A DNA stretch of 64,000 nt from Deltaproteobacteria bacterium (GTDB lineage: Bacteria > Desulfobacterota > Dissulfuribacteria > Dissulfuribacterales > DYLC01). The translations under genes and the position numbers were made by a program. Of the stretch, positions 10,101 through 19,689 are shown piece after piece (position 1 is the stretch's first letter; every line of letters starts with the position of its first letter). Below the pieces are notes generated by a model. The model did no database searches and had not been told where the DNA came from. It saw nothing but the letters and a program-made list of their open reading frames with translations. Location of the stretch: assembly GCA_028695735.1 (NCBI GenBank), contig JAQVIJ010000004.1, forward strand, positions 128,671 to 192,670, written 5' to 3'.

Positions 10101-13100
10101 TTCGCCTTGCCAGCAGCTGAGGATGGCTTGGCCCCTGTCTGCCCTGCCTTGGGCTGAACCGTCTGTTGCAGGTGAGTCGGGTGCTGCATTACTGCGGAGG
10201 CCATGCCCAACGGCCCGGTCATGGAGGTCAGGTTAAGGGCCTTTCGTTGAGCCTTTTTGTTTTTGTCTATGAGTTCCAGTTCAATGGAATCGTTTTCCTG
10301 TTTGAAGAGCAGGGCCAGTTTGAGGTCAGGTATCTTTTTGACCGGATTCCCGTCCACTGTGCGAATGATGTCTCCTGCCTCTATGCCGGCTGTCTTTGCC
10401 GCGCCATGAGGGGAGACCTCCTTGATTGCAAGGCCGTTTTCCTGCTCCTCCAGCATTACGCCGAGCTTGGCGGAAAACGGCGGGGTCAGGTATGGACATG
10501 AGAGCAGCAGGTCAGCCGCGGTTGCATCCAGGTCATCATGAAGGCAGATTATGACCCAGTCATCCCTGCCTGTGAGGCGTTTCAGCCGTTTTGGAATGCC
10601 GTGCCGATGGGCTATGTGTCCTGTGCCTGCCAGCACGACCAGCGTCTGCTGAGGATTCTTTTCAAGGTATTGGGCCGCTGACAGGGCCATGGTCTCGTCC
10701 CAGAGTATCTGGGCCTGATAGAAGTTGTCGAAGTTCTGCACAGGCCCCTCGGCATGGGCCGTGAAGATGCGCCTCAACAGATTTTTATAGGCCTCGTCAT
10801 TCCAGTCGATGTTTGCGGGAATGCGCCTCAATTCCTCTTCGGAAAGGCTGTTTATGCCCTCTCTGGCCACCTTTTGCGAGATCTCCATCTCCAGATTCAG
10901 GGCTGCGATGGGTATGTTGTTTTCCTTGCAAAAGCGAATGATAGGCCGGTAGAGGTGATAGTCGTAGCCCCAGCGCTTGAAATACTCGGTCTTTTCCACA
11001 AAGGCCCGTTCATCCATCTCTCCCTTGAGGTATGCATCGATCACGTCCTGAAATGGTCTTTGAAACATCTCCATGCCAACGGCCAGCCGATAGCCTTTTT
11101 TGTGCAGCTCTTCGATGACTTTCAACTGGGCCATGTGATCCGCAAATTCATCATGTTTTTCACCCACATAGACCACCTGGCCGGGCAGGATGCGATTCAG
11201 GGCCTGATGCAGATTCATGACCGTTCTGGTTTCAACCACATCGATGTCGTTATTTATTGAGGATATTATGCCGTTTTCTGTAGCCCGCGTTTCCTTCATG
11301 GTCAGTTTGCCGTCATTGTCCATGAGAATGGTGCTGTACTGCCCGAGGTGTGAGAGTCTGGGCAGCAGTAGGTCAACGTGGCGGGCAGAGGATGCCTGAA
11401 CCAGACCCAGGCAAAAGGAATGGGCCAATGGGTTGTTTTTTACCTCTATCGAGGCGCCTGTTCTGGTCTTATCCTGATTTTTGGGCAAAGACGATTCCCC
11501 AAAGATCCTTGCAAACTCAACAGTGGGTTCCCCAAGCCATAAAATGGAACCCTTGCTCCATTCAGCAGTATGTCTGGCCGGCAGCTCCACAAAACCATCC
11601 GCCTTCAATGTCTCGGCAAGCCGGTCGTAGATGGAGGAGGTCCGGACAAAATATCTGTTCTGCGCCCCAAGGATACGGGCCAGCACGGGAGGAAACTCCG
11701 CGGCCGTGAGGGAACGCATGATCTCGAAGTCTGAATCGACGGCCACTGCCTCCACATCATTTCGCGGCAGCCGTATGCGTTCCTGCTTCTGTGTTACAGA
11801 GGCCTGCCACTTAATGTCCTCTCCCTTGGTTTTGAGCAGCACCGGAAGCGTAAGGGTATAGGGCGGGTTATCCTTTTGTGTGACCACAAGAAAGATGTCC
11901 TCGCCTTTCTGCTCCAGAGCGGCTGTCAGGACAGGGATGTCTTTTCGCGTAAGCCATTGATTCCAAAAGGCCGTCAGGTCCCTGGAGGATGCGTTTTCAA
12001 ATGCCTTTTGAATGTCGTTCCATGAAGCGGCCCTGAAGCGGTTTTGCATGTAAAAGGAGCGTAACGCCTTGTAAAACGCCTCGTCGCCCACCTCATTTCG
12101 CAGCATGTGAAAGAGCATGGCGGTTTTCCCGTAGCCCACCGCCCGCTGTGTCTTGTCCCGGCCCCATCGAAAGCCGGTTACGGCGATGTCGGCGTCTTTT
12201 GCATAGCTCTGATAGTTGACAAGCAGTTCCTTGCGGTATTGAGGCCCTTTGCCGGCCTTTTCCTTGTAGAGATAATCGGCCAGGTAGCTGGTGAGGCCTT
12301 CGCACCAGTTGCCTTTTTCAAAATCCACATATACTGAATTGCCGAACCAGGAGTGAACAAACTCATGCCCCAGGGATGTGTCCGGAATAAACGGCAGTCT
12401 CATGACCTGCTGGCCTAAAAGCGTAAATGTGGCGAATCCCAGGCCTGTGGGTGCGCGATTCTCCACCACCGCAAAGCGCTTGAAGGGATAATCGCCCAAA
12501 ATGGGCCTGTAAAGCTCCAGGTAATAGGTCATTTTGTCCAGATAGGTGCGGGCCAGCTGCCTGTCCTCTGCATACAGATAGCAGGCCAGTTCCACATCCT
12601 CATGTTGAATGCGATGGATTTCATAGGGGCCTATCGCCAGAGAGACATCCTTTCGCAAGTGAGCGAAGTGAAAACGCCAACGTCGCTGATCGCCGTCAGA
12701 GTTCACATCCACCGAGTCTGCCTCTGAGACAGGGGTCAGGTCCTTTGGTGCTGTGACCGTCAGGTCATAGACCGCATAATCCTTGAGCCGAGGATGCCAT
12801 TCCTCTGTGAGCACCAGTGTATCCTGTAAAAATGTGTTGGCGTGAACACCGTGTTCAAGGCCCTGCATGGGCGCTGCCTGTATCCGCAGCCTGGAGATAT
12901 CCTTTCTGTAGCTTACAACTGCTTGTGAGGCGGTGTTGAACGGGCCTAATGCGAGTTCGTCGTCGATGGGTTTGAGGTTGTTTTTTTCTCCGTTTATGAG
13001 GACATCTGTAACGGATATGCCCGAAGTGGAGATGCTTAAGCGCTGTTTTGCCGGAATCGTCAAGCGGGCCTCGCCGGTGAGGGTTGCTTCTTTTAAGTTT

Positions 13101-13195
13101 ACAGATATGTCCAAAGATATGGCGGCCGGTTCACCGGCGGAGGATACGGCGTTGCAGAAGATGCAGAACAGGAAAATAACAATCATTATGTGCAT
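10097..13195 (-). CDS. secreted M1-family (gluzincin) metallopeptidase fused to a ChaN/Tiki-like domain and a C-terminal PDZ domain
   Basis: Signal peptide MHIMIVIFLFCIFCNAVSSA. HEFVH-x18-E zinc motif (around nt 12345-12368). Central ..VVYVGEKHDEFADH..VGMEMF.. ChaN/Tiki-type segment. PDZ-like ..GLAIKEVSPHGAAKTAGIEAGDIIRTVDGNPV... GGAGG RBS before the ATG. Confidence 0.85.
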   Translation of the reverse strand: MHIMIVIFLFCIFCNAVSSAGEPAAISLDISVNLKEATLTGEARLTIPAKQRLSISTSGISVTDVLINGEKNNLKPIDDELALGPFNTASQAVVSYRKDISRLRIQAAPMQGLEHGVHANTFLQDTLVLTEEWHPRLKDYAVYDLTVTAPKDLTPVSEADSVDVNSDGDQRRWRFHFAHLRKDVSLAIGPYEIHRIQHEDVELACYLYAEDRQLARTYLDKMTYYLELYRPILGDYPFKRFAVVENRAPTGLGFATFTLLGQQVMRLPFIPDTSLGHEFVHSWFGNSVYVDFEKGNWCEGLTSYLADYLYKEKAGKGPQYRKELLVNYQSYAKDADIAVTGFRWGRDKTQRAVGYGKTAMLFHMLRNEVGDEAFYKALRSFYMQNRFRAASWNDIQKAFENASSRDLTAFWNQWLTRKDIPVLTAALEQKGEDIFLVVTQKDNPPYTLTLPVLLKTKGEDIKWQASVTQKQERIRLPRNDVEAVAVDSDFEIMRSLTAAEFPPVLARILGAQNRYFVRTSSIYDRLAETLKADGFVELPARHTAEWSKGSILWLGEPTVEFARIFGESSLPKNQDKTRTGASIEVKNNPLAHSFCLGLVQASSARHVDLLLPRLSHLGQYSTILMDNDGKLTMKETRATENGIISSINNDIDVVETRTVMNLHQALNRILPGQVVYVGEKHDEFADHMAQLKVIEELHKKGYRLAVGMEMFQRPFQDVIDAYLKGEMDERAFVEKTEYFKRWGYDYHLYRPIIRFCKENNIPIAALNLEMEISQKVAREGINSLSEEELRRIPANIDWNDEAYKNLLRRIFTAHAEGPVQNFDNFYQAQILWDETMALSAAQYLEKNPQQTLVVLAGTGHIAHRHGIPKRLKRLTGRDDWVIICLHDDLDATAADLLLSCPYLTPPFSAKLGVMLEEQENGLAIKEVSPHGAAKTAGIEAGDIIRTVDGNPVKKIPDLKLALLFKQENDSIELELIDKNKKAQRKALNLTSMTGPLGMASAVMQHPTHLQQTVQPKAGQTGAKPSSAAGKAK

Positions 13196-13254
13196 GTGAG
13201 CCTCCAGAATGTAGGGTTCCCTCTTGGCATTGCCTTGGTAACTTTGCCTTTTGA

Positions 13255-14892
13255 TCAGGTTATTACATCAGGTGCTGTCTTGTGCAGGGATTTGCGTAAA
13301 TCAAATACATGTTCCGTCCAGTTCACGAGGGCCTGAACAGCCTCTTGTGTGTGTAGGGACAGGTTGCCGTGAGGCGTTTCGTAGCGTTCCAGATACAGTC
13401 TGATGGTGACGCCCTGTGTGCCGGTGCCGGATGGCCGAAACACCACACGAGAGCCGTCTTCAAACACGATTCGAATGCCCTGCCGTTGTGTCATGCTGTG
13501 GTCCACCGGGTCCACGTAGGAAAAGTTGTCGGTTGTTTTCACCGCAAGGCCGAAGACGGTGTTGCCGTTCAGGGAGGGCAGGAGTTCCTCCGAGCGCTTC
13601 ATGAATGCCTGTGCCAGGCTGGTGTCCACCGCCTCATAGTCGTGTCTGGAGTAGTAGTTTCTGCCGAAGCGCCTCCAGTGTCCCTGCACCAGCTCCTTTA
13701 CAGACTTTCGTGTCACAGCCAGTATGTTGAGCCAGAACAAGGCGGCCCAGACCCCGTCTTTTTCCCGCACGTGATTAGAGCCTGTGCCGAAGCTCTCCTC
13801 TCCACACAGAGTGACCAGGTCTGCATCCAAGAGATTGCCAAAGAATTTCCAGCCCGTAGGGGTTTCAAAACAGGGGATGCCCAGTTGTTCAGCTACCTTG
13901 TCGGCGGCCTGGCTGGTGGGCATGGAGCGGGCAATGCCCTTGAGGCCCGCACGATAGCCCGGCGCCAGAGTGGCATTGGCCGCTAAAATGGCCAGGCTGT
14001 CGCTGGGCGTGACAAATATCTCCCTGCCCAATATCATGTTGCGGTCTCCATCGCCGTCAAAGGCAGCGGCAAAGTCAGGTGAGGAGGCGCTGTGTCCTTC
14101 CACTACGCTTTTCACCAGGCTGGCCGCATATTTCAGGTTTGGGTCGGGGTGTATGCCGCCGAAGTCTTCCAGGGGTATGCACCGCAGCAGCGTCTCTTCG
14201 CCCATGTTCAGCCTGTCTTGAAAGATGGCCTTGAGATACGGGCCTGTGGCCGCATTCATGGCATCCAAACGCAGTGAAAAGCCGTTTTCCAGCAGTTCCT
14301 TAATGCGTGCAAGGTCAAACAGGGCCTCCATGAGCTGCACATAGTCGTATATTCCATCAAACACATGAATCGTGCCTTGAAGGACCTGTGCCGTGCCCAT
14401 GGAATCCATGTCTATATCAGGGATGTCAGCTATTAAATAGTGCGTGATGTTGCGGGTTTTATAGTAAATGGAGTTGGTGACAGACTCAGGGGCGGGCCCG
14501 CCGTTTGCCGTGTTGAATTTTATGCCGAAGTCCTCGTCGATGCCCCCCGGATTGTGGCTGGCGGAAAGGATGATGCCGCCGGAGATGCCGTATTTCCTGA
14601 TGAAATGAGAGGCGGCAGGCGTGGAGAGCAGTCCGTTTTTTGCCACATGAATGTGTTCGATGCCGTTGGCCAGGGCCATTTTGATGATGGTCTGTATGGC
14701 TTTATGGTTGTAATACCTGCCGTCGCCCCCGATTACCAGGCTGTTGCCGCCGGTTTCTTTCAGCTCCAGTAGAATGGATTGCACGAAGTTTTCCAGGTAA
14801 TTTGGCTGCATGAAGACGCGAGTCCTTTTGCGCAGTCCGGATGTGCCAGGTTTTTGGTCGTCGAAAGGGGTGGTCTGTATGGTTTTAATCAT
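13255..14892 (-). CDS. pgm: phosphoglucomutase, alpha-D-glucose phosphate-specific
   Basis: TSGLRK, active-site SASHNPGG, metal loop FDGDGDRN and sugar loop GEESFG are all present; 545 aa. Confidence 0.92.
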   Translation of the reverse strand: MIKTIQTTPFDDQKPGTSGLRKRTRVFMQPNYLENFVQSILLELKETGGNSLVIGGDGRYYNHKAIQTIIKMALANGIEHIHVAKNGLLSTPAASHFIRKYGISGGIILSASHNPGGIDEDFGIKFNTANGGPAPESVTNSIYYKTRNITHYLIADIPDIDMDSMGTAQVLQGTIHVFDGIYDYVQLMEALFDLARIKELLENGFSLRLDAMNAATGPYLKAIFQDRLNMGEETLLRCIPLEDFGGIHPDPNLKYAASLVKSVVEGHSASSPDFAAAFDGDGDRNMILGREIFVTPSDSLAILAANATLAPGYRAGLKGIARSMPTSQAADKVAEQLGIPCFETPTGWKFFGNLLDADLVTLCGEESFGTGSNHVREKDGVWAALFWLNILAVTRKSVKELVQGHWRRFGRNYYSRHDYEAVDTSLAQAFMKRSEELLPSLNGNTVFGLAVKTTDNFSYVDPVDHSMTQRQGIRIVFEDGSRVVFRPSGTGTQGVTIRLYLERYETPHGNLSLHTQEAVQALVNWTEHVFDLRKSLHKTAPDVIT

Positions 14893-14958
14893 GGCTTGCC
14901 TCGCAATGTGTTGTGGATTATAGCATCGTTATGATGGCATTTGTATTGAAATATAAAT

Positions 14959-15090
14959 GGAACCTCGAAAAATTGCCTTTTTGCCCGATAACTGCGTTGC
15001 TCACGGCGAAAAATGCCCCTACTCCTGTCTGCGTGCAAGGCACAGGCAGGCAGGGAGTGAGTGGGAACATTCTAATTTTTCAGGGTTCCC
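14959..15090. repeat. MITE-like intergenic repeat, copy A
   Basis: Terminal inverted repeats GGAACCTCGAAAAATT ... AATTTTTCAGGGTTCC. Its internal blocks (gaaaaattgccNtttNgcNcgataactgcNttgctc and cacaggcaggcagg) are shared with copy C at 42963-43123. Confidence 0.6.
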
Positions 15091-15107
15091 TGTAATGTAA
15101 AACGGTA

Positions 15108-16694
15108 ATGGTTTATTTTTCAAGGAACCTTAAAGAATTTTTCAAAGGAATAAAAGAGGCGCCTGCAGAGAGATTCCCCATCTGGGCGGCTAATCTACTG
15201 TTTTTCTTTTTGCTTTTCTGCATGGTGCTGTCGTTTTTTTTCTATCAGATGGCAGCGGCCCGAAATGCCTTTTTGAAGGATGTGAATGCCCATGGCAGGC
15301 TGGTTGCAGAAGTGGTGAGCCTCAATGCGAGGGGCGCTGTCCTGGCTGGGGATGTAGTGGAAGAGGTATTCGGCCGTTTTTTGAGCAATACCGCCAGATT
15401 TATTGATTATCTTGACACGGTTCAGCCGTTTACAGCAGAGGAGTTGACAGCCTTTGCCAGGGAATCAGGTTTGGCCGGCATCAGAATAGTGCGTTCCAGC
15501 GGTGCGTCAGTGGAAGGGCCCGGCCATTGGACCGAGGGTCTGAATGCGTCGTGCGGCCGGACTCCGAGCCTCAATTATATGGCTGACAGGCACCTCACGG
15601 TTTTGACTATCACAGGTATGCACGCCGGCTGTATTGTTTTGGCGGTGGGCACCAGTCAGATAGATGCCATGCTTTCAGAGGTCGGGCTTAAAAAGACGTT
15701 GTCCAAGCTGTATCAAATCGAAGGGATTCGGTATGTCAGGCTGGAAGGCGCGCTGCTGGACGATTCGGTGTTTCGCGGCAGCCACGAAGATTTAATGAAC
15801 GAGCCATCGGATTTGGGGCACGTGGTGGAGGAGAGGGTGCCTCTTGAGACCGGCGGTTTGCTGGTAGTGGGGATAGACGCCACGCTTTTCCATGAGATGA
15901 CTCATAGATTGGTCAGGGATTTCACCATATTCAGTCTGCTACTTGCGCTCGTGGGTTCATTGCTGTCCTGGCTGTTATACGGCATGCAGAAGAGATATCT
16001 TCAGGCGGCCAGGACCTTTGAGCAGAGTCTCTCCGCCCAGAGGGAGGATGCTGCGCTGGGAAGGGCCACGGCGGCTATCGCCCATGAGATCAGGAACCCC
16101 TTGAACGCCATTGCCATGGCCATGCAGCGTCTGATCATGGAGGTGCAGGGGCTTTCCGGCGAGCACAGGAAATTGCTCGATGTATCCCTTTCCGCTGTGG
16201 GAAGGGCCAACAGGATTATCTCCTCGTTGCTGCACTATGCCCGGCCCATTCAAATGCAGAAAACGGAAATGGACCTCAAGGGTTTTATAGAGGACAGCCT
16301 GCAACCCTATCGCGGGCGGTTGGAGGAGCTTGGGATAACATTGCAACTGGAAATGGAAGATGGTCTGAGAGTCGGGGCTGATGTGAATCTTTTGGGGCAG
16401 GTTATGGACAATCTCATTAAAAATGCCATGGATGCCCAGCCGGAAGGCGGTTTTTTGCGCATAAGTGTTCATCGTGCAGACGGTGAGGCCAGGCTGTGCA
16501 TTCAGAATGCCGGCTGCGCCTTGTCCGAAGATGAGGTACAGCGCGTCTTTGAACCCTATTATACCACTCGAATTCAGGGCACAGGGCTTGGTCTTGCCAT
16601 CGTGAAGAGGATTATCTTTGTGCATGGAGGCAGGGTCGAGGCATTTGCGAAGGAAGGCGTTTTTGAGTTGGTCTGTTACCTGCCGCTTTTATGA
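15108..16694 (+). CDS. sensor histidine kinase (two TM segments flanking a periplasmic domain; NtrB/ZraS-like)
   Basis: H-box AAIAHEIRNPLNAI; N box LIKNAMDA; G boxes (..QGTGLGLAIVKRI..). Confidence 0.9.
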   Translation: MVYFSRNLKEFFKGIKEAPAERFPIWAANLLFFFLLFCMVLSFFFYQMAAARNAFLKDVNAHGRLVAEVVSLNARGAVLAGDVVEEVFGRFLSNTARFIDYLDTVQPFTAEELTAFARESGLAGIRIVRSSGASVEGPGHWTEGLNASCGRTPSLNYMADRHLTVLTITGMHAGCIVLAVGTSQIDAMLSEVGLKKTLSKLYQIEGIRYVRLEGALLDDSVFRGSHEDLMNEPSDLGHVVEERVPLETGGLLVVGIDATLFHEMTHRLVRDFTIFSLLLALVGSLLSWLLYGMQKRYLQAARTFEQSLSAQREDAALGRATAAIAHEIRNPLNAIAMAMQRLIMEVQGLSGEHRKLLDVSLSAVGRANRIISSLLHYARPIQMQKTEMDLKGFIEDSLQPYRGRLEELGITLQLEMEDGLRVGADVNLLGQVMDNLIKNAMDAQPEGGFLRISVHRADGEARLCIQNAGCALSEDEVQRVFEPYYTTRIQGTGLGLAIVKRIIFVHGGRVEAFAKEGVFELVCYLPLL

Positions 16695-16754
16695 ATTGCA
16701 TATCCGGAAGTTCAGCCGGAGGAGTTCCCTTTATAAAAAAGATGGAGTGAGACA

Positions 16755-18080
16755 ATGAATATACTCGTGGTGGATGACGAACAGGAACAGCTTGATATGC
16801 TTGCAGGTTTTTTGAAACATCAGGGTTATGAGGTTGTTACGGCCTGTGACGGTCAGGCTGCCCTGAGGATCGTGAAGGATTCGCCGGTGTCAGTGGTCTT
16901 ACTGGATCACAGAATGCCCGGAATGACCGGCGACGAGGTGTTGGAGCGCATAATGGCCATAAATCCCCTGATAAAGGCCATCATGATTACGGCCTATGGC
17001 GAGGTGGGTACGGCTGTACGCGTGATGCAGTTAGGGGCAGTGGACTTTCTGGAAAAGCCTGTGGACCTGAGCCTGCTTTTACAGAAGATACAGGAGATAG
17101 AGGGTGCGCTGGAGGTTGAACAGGATGTGCAGGAGGTGGTGGAGCAGGTAAGTGAATCAGGGCTTCCCATTCGTATGTCGGCCAAGAGCAGGGCCATGCA
17201 GGAGGTCATTTCCATGGCAAGGCGCGTGGCCCAAAGCCCATGGCCTGTGCTCATTCGAGGCGAGACAGGTACGGGTAAGGAGCTTATCGCAAGGCTCATT
17301 CACTCCTTGAGCCCACGGAGCCAGGGCCCGTTTATAGAGGTCAACTGTGCTGCGATTCCTGAAAATCTCTTTGAAAGTGAGTTGTTCGGCCATGAAAAAG
17401 GGGCGTTCACCGGCGCAATAAACCAGAGAAAGGGCCGTTTTGAATTGGCCAATGGCGGCTCCCTTTTTCTGGATGAGGTGGGTGAGTTGCCCCTGTTTTT
17501 ACAGCCCAAACTGCTTCGGGCCATTCAGGAAGGCCGTATTGCCCGAGTGGGAAGCGAGAAGGACATGGCCGTTGATATTCGCATCCTCTCCGCCACCAAC
17601 CGGAATCTCAAGGGAATGGCGGCTGATGGAAGGTTCAGGGAAGACCTGTATTATCGTTTGAATGTCCTGGAGATCGAGATTCCTCCGCTCAGGGAACGCA
17701 GGGAGGATATTCCGGCGCTGGTGGAATTTTTTCTGTCCAGATATGCCTCAAGGCCTGTTCAGATATCACCTGAGGCCATGGACCTGCTGGTCAAGTATTC
17801 CTATCCAGGTAATGTCCGGGAGCTGGAGCATGTGCTGCAGAGGGTGGTGACCATGAGTAGAGGAGGTGTAATCAGGCCCGTGGACCTGCCTGCTGAGTTG
17901 CGCAGCACTTCAGCGGAAATGAACGGTCCCCTTGTGCAGAGACTGGAGTTCATGGAACTGCAAATGATACGGGATGCCCTGGAACGGCATGACTGGGTGC
18001 AGACCAGGGCGGCTGAGGCCCTTGGCATCAGTGAGCGCGTGCTACGTTACAAGATGGCCAAGTATGGCATTAAAAAATGA
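16755..18080 (+). CDS. sigma-54-dependent response regulator (REC-AAA+-HTH, NtrC family)
   Basis: Intact receiver (VVDDE...LLDHRMPGM), Walker A GETGTGKE, GAFTGA loop (EKGAFTGA), and a C-terminal Fis-type HTH (..RAAEALGISERVLRYKMAKYGI). Confidence 0.92.
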   Translation: MNILVVDDEQEQLDMLAGFLKHQGYEVVTACDGQAALRIVKDSPVSVVLLDHRMPGMTGDEVLERIMAINPLIKAIMITAYGEVGTAVRVMQLGAVDFLEKPVDLSLLLQKIQEIEGALEVEQDVQEVVEQVSESGLPIRMSAKSRAMQEVISMARRVAQSPWPVLIRGETGTGKELIARLIHSLSPRSQGPFIEVNCAAIPENLFESELFGHEKGAFTGAINQRKGRFELANGGSLFLDEVGELPLFLQPKLLRAIQEGRIARVGSEKDMAVDIRILSATNRNLKGMAADGRFREDLYYRLNVLEIEIPPLRERREDIPALVEFFLSRYASRPVQISPEAMDLLVKYSYPGNVRELEHVLQRVVTMSRGGVIRPVDLPAELRSTSAEMNGPLVQRLEFMELQMIRDALERHDWVQTRAAEALGISERVLRYKMAKYGIKK

Positions 18081-18260
18081 GGTGTTTCAAAAAGAAACAA
18101 AACATCAGGAATTACAGGTGGTTAATGTTTTTATTTAAAGATTTTTTAATGGTATTTGTAAAAAAACATAGAAAAAAGGCATTGACGAGTCTGTCGCCAA
18201 GTGATAGATGTAACAATGAATCGCCATTCATAAAGTTCAAGAGAGGAGGGTTTAAATGGA

Positions 18261-19673
18261 ATGAATAAAGATTGTAGTTATTGGAGGTTGCGGCCTCTCG
18301 GTTGCGGGAGTCTGTTGTTTGCGACCCTTCTGACGGGTTGCTTGGTATCGTCCGCCTCGGCCATGGAGACATCCGCTGGTGAGGTGGACATCAGTTCCAC
18401 CACGCGTTATCAACTCCAATGGGCAGGCTCGCCCGACAAAAAACTCCTCCCCAACGAGACCAGCGACCAGGATTTTTCAGAGCTTCTGGGGGTTCAGTAC
18501 ACATCCTCCAAGATAGACGGCCTGTCCTTTTCGTTTTTGGGCAAGTATTCCAAGGACCTGGACGGCACGGCCGAGGGCTCTGTGTTTCAGGACTATCTGG
18601 ATGTGAGCAGCAATGAGCGTCAGCGTCTGGATGCCTATTATGCCTATGCCGAAAAGAGGGACATCGTGCCTGGGTTGGATATGCGTCTGGGCCGTCAGTA
18701 TGTCTATGGTGCGGAGGTGGTGCACTTCGACGGTCTGTGGATGAAGGCCGACAGGCTGCTGGACAATCGCTTTAGTGTGGAGGCCTTCGGCGGCCAGATT
18801 GTTCAGATGTATTCGGATCTCAACAAGAATGAAGTGGGTGGCATAAATGTGGGTTATTACCCCATGAAGGAGCTGGCCCTGTATCTGAACAGCGTTTTTT
18901 ATGTGGAAAACTCCTTTGAGGCACAGGCCTATTGGCGTCCCATGGAGTGGCTGAAGGTCAACGGCCGATGGGAGCTGTTAAATACTCGAAATCGGGAGGC
19001 CTCGTTTGATGTCATCGGTGATATACACGCCACAGATACCACGGTGGGCGTAAATGTCTTCAGGAGGTTCAAGATTGCCCAGCACACCCCTGAGGATTTC
19101 CTGTTCGACTATACCTCTTCTCTGGATACTATAAATAATATCAAGCGGTTGTATCTGTCACGGGAAGAGGCCTATACGCAGTACACCCTTTCTGTATCCC
19201 AGCCCATCCCCCATCAAAAGGGGCTGTCTGTATTCGTAAGAGGGACGGTGCGTGACCTGGATCACGACGATGCAGAGACCCTGTACACAACGGACTTTTA
19301 CAGCCTTACAGGCGGCATCAATGTGGATGAGTGGCTTGGTCTCAAGGGTTTCCATCTGAGTACCGGTGTCACCTGGTGGTGGGAGGACCGCAATCGCATG
19401 TATGAGGCTGAGTCCAGGTCCGTGTTTCTGGATGCACGTCAGGAATTGCCATATAAACTGGAGCTGTCAGGCGGCTTCTATTACAAGGATGAGGATGTGA
19501 ACTCCCTGATAGAAGGCGAAGGAGCAGCCCACTACTACGGTGCATTGAAATACAAGTTCGCCAAAGACAAGTGGACAGAGGTCAAATACGAATATGAACG
19601 GGATGATTATTATAAAGAGTTTGGAGTAGGGGATATCAATGTATTGACCCTGACACTCCATGCCAACTTTTAA
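18261..19673 (+). CDS. putative outer-membrane beta-barrel (porin-like) protein
   Basis: Signal peptide ending ASA. Aromatic/Gly-rich sequence with alternating hydrophobicity, and a C-terminal ..LTLTLHANF ending in Phe as in OM barrels. GAGGAGG RBS. It heads the cytochrome cluster. No family is recognisable by eye. Confidence 0.6.
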   Translation: MNKDCSYWRLRPLGCGSLLFATLLTGCLVSSASAMETSAGEVDISSTTRYQLQWAGSPDKKLLPNETSDQDFSELLGVQYTSSKIDGLSFSFLGKYSKDLDGTAEGSVFQDYLDVSSNERQRLDAYYAYAEKRDIVPGLDMRLGRQYVYGAEVVHFDGLWMKADRLLDNRFSVEAFGGQIVQMYSDLNKNEVGGINVGYYPMKELALYLNSVFYVENSFEAQAYWRPMEWLKVNGRWELLNTRNREASFDVIGDIHATDTTVGVNVFRRFKIAQHTPEDFLFDYTSSLDTINNIKRLYLSREEAYTQYTLSVSQPIPHQKGLSVFVRGTVRDLDHDDAETLYTTDFYSLTGGINVDEWLGLKGFHLSTGVTWWWEDRNRMYEAESRSVFLDARQELPYKLELSGGFYYKDEDVNSLIEGEGAAHYYGALKYKFAKDKWTEVKYEYERDDYYKEFGVGDINVLTLTLHANF

Positions 19674-19689
19674 TTGAGGGAGTGGAAAG

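Noticed and set aside
18081-18260. Searched for a sigma-54 (-24 TGGCAC / -12 TTGC) promoter between the NtrC-type regulator and the cytochrome cluster
   Set aside because: Only poor matches were found (TGGTATTTGTAAAAA, GGCATTGACGAGTCTG), none with a GG-N10-GC register. There is a weak sigma-70-like TTGACG-17-TAGATG instead. A regulatory link between the two-component system and the cluster therefore remains contextual only.
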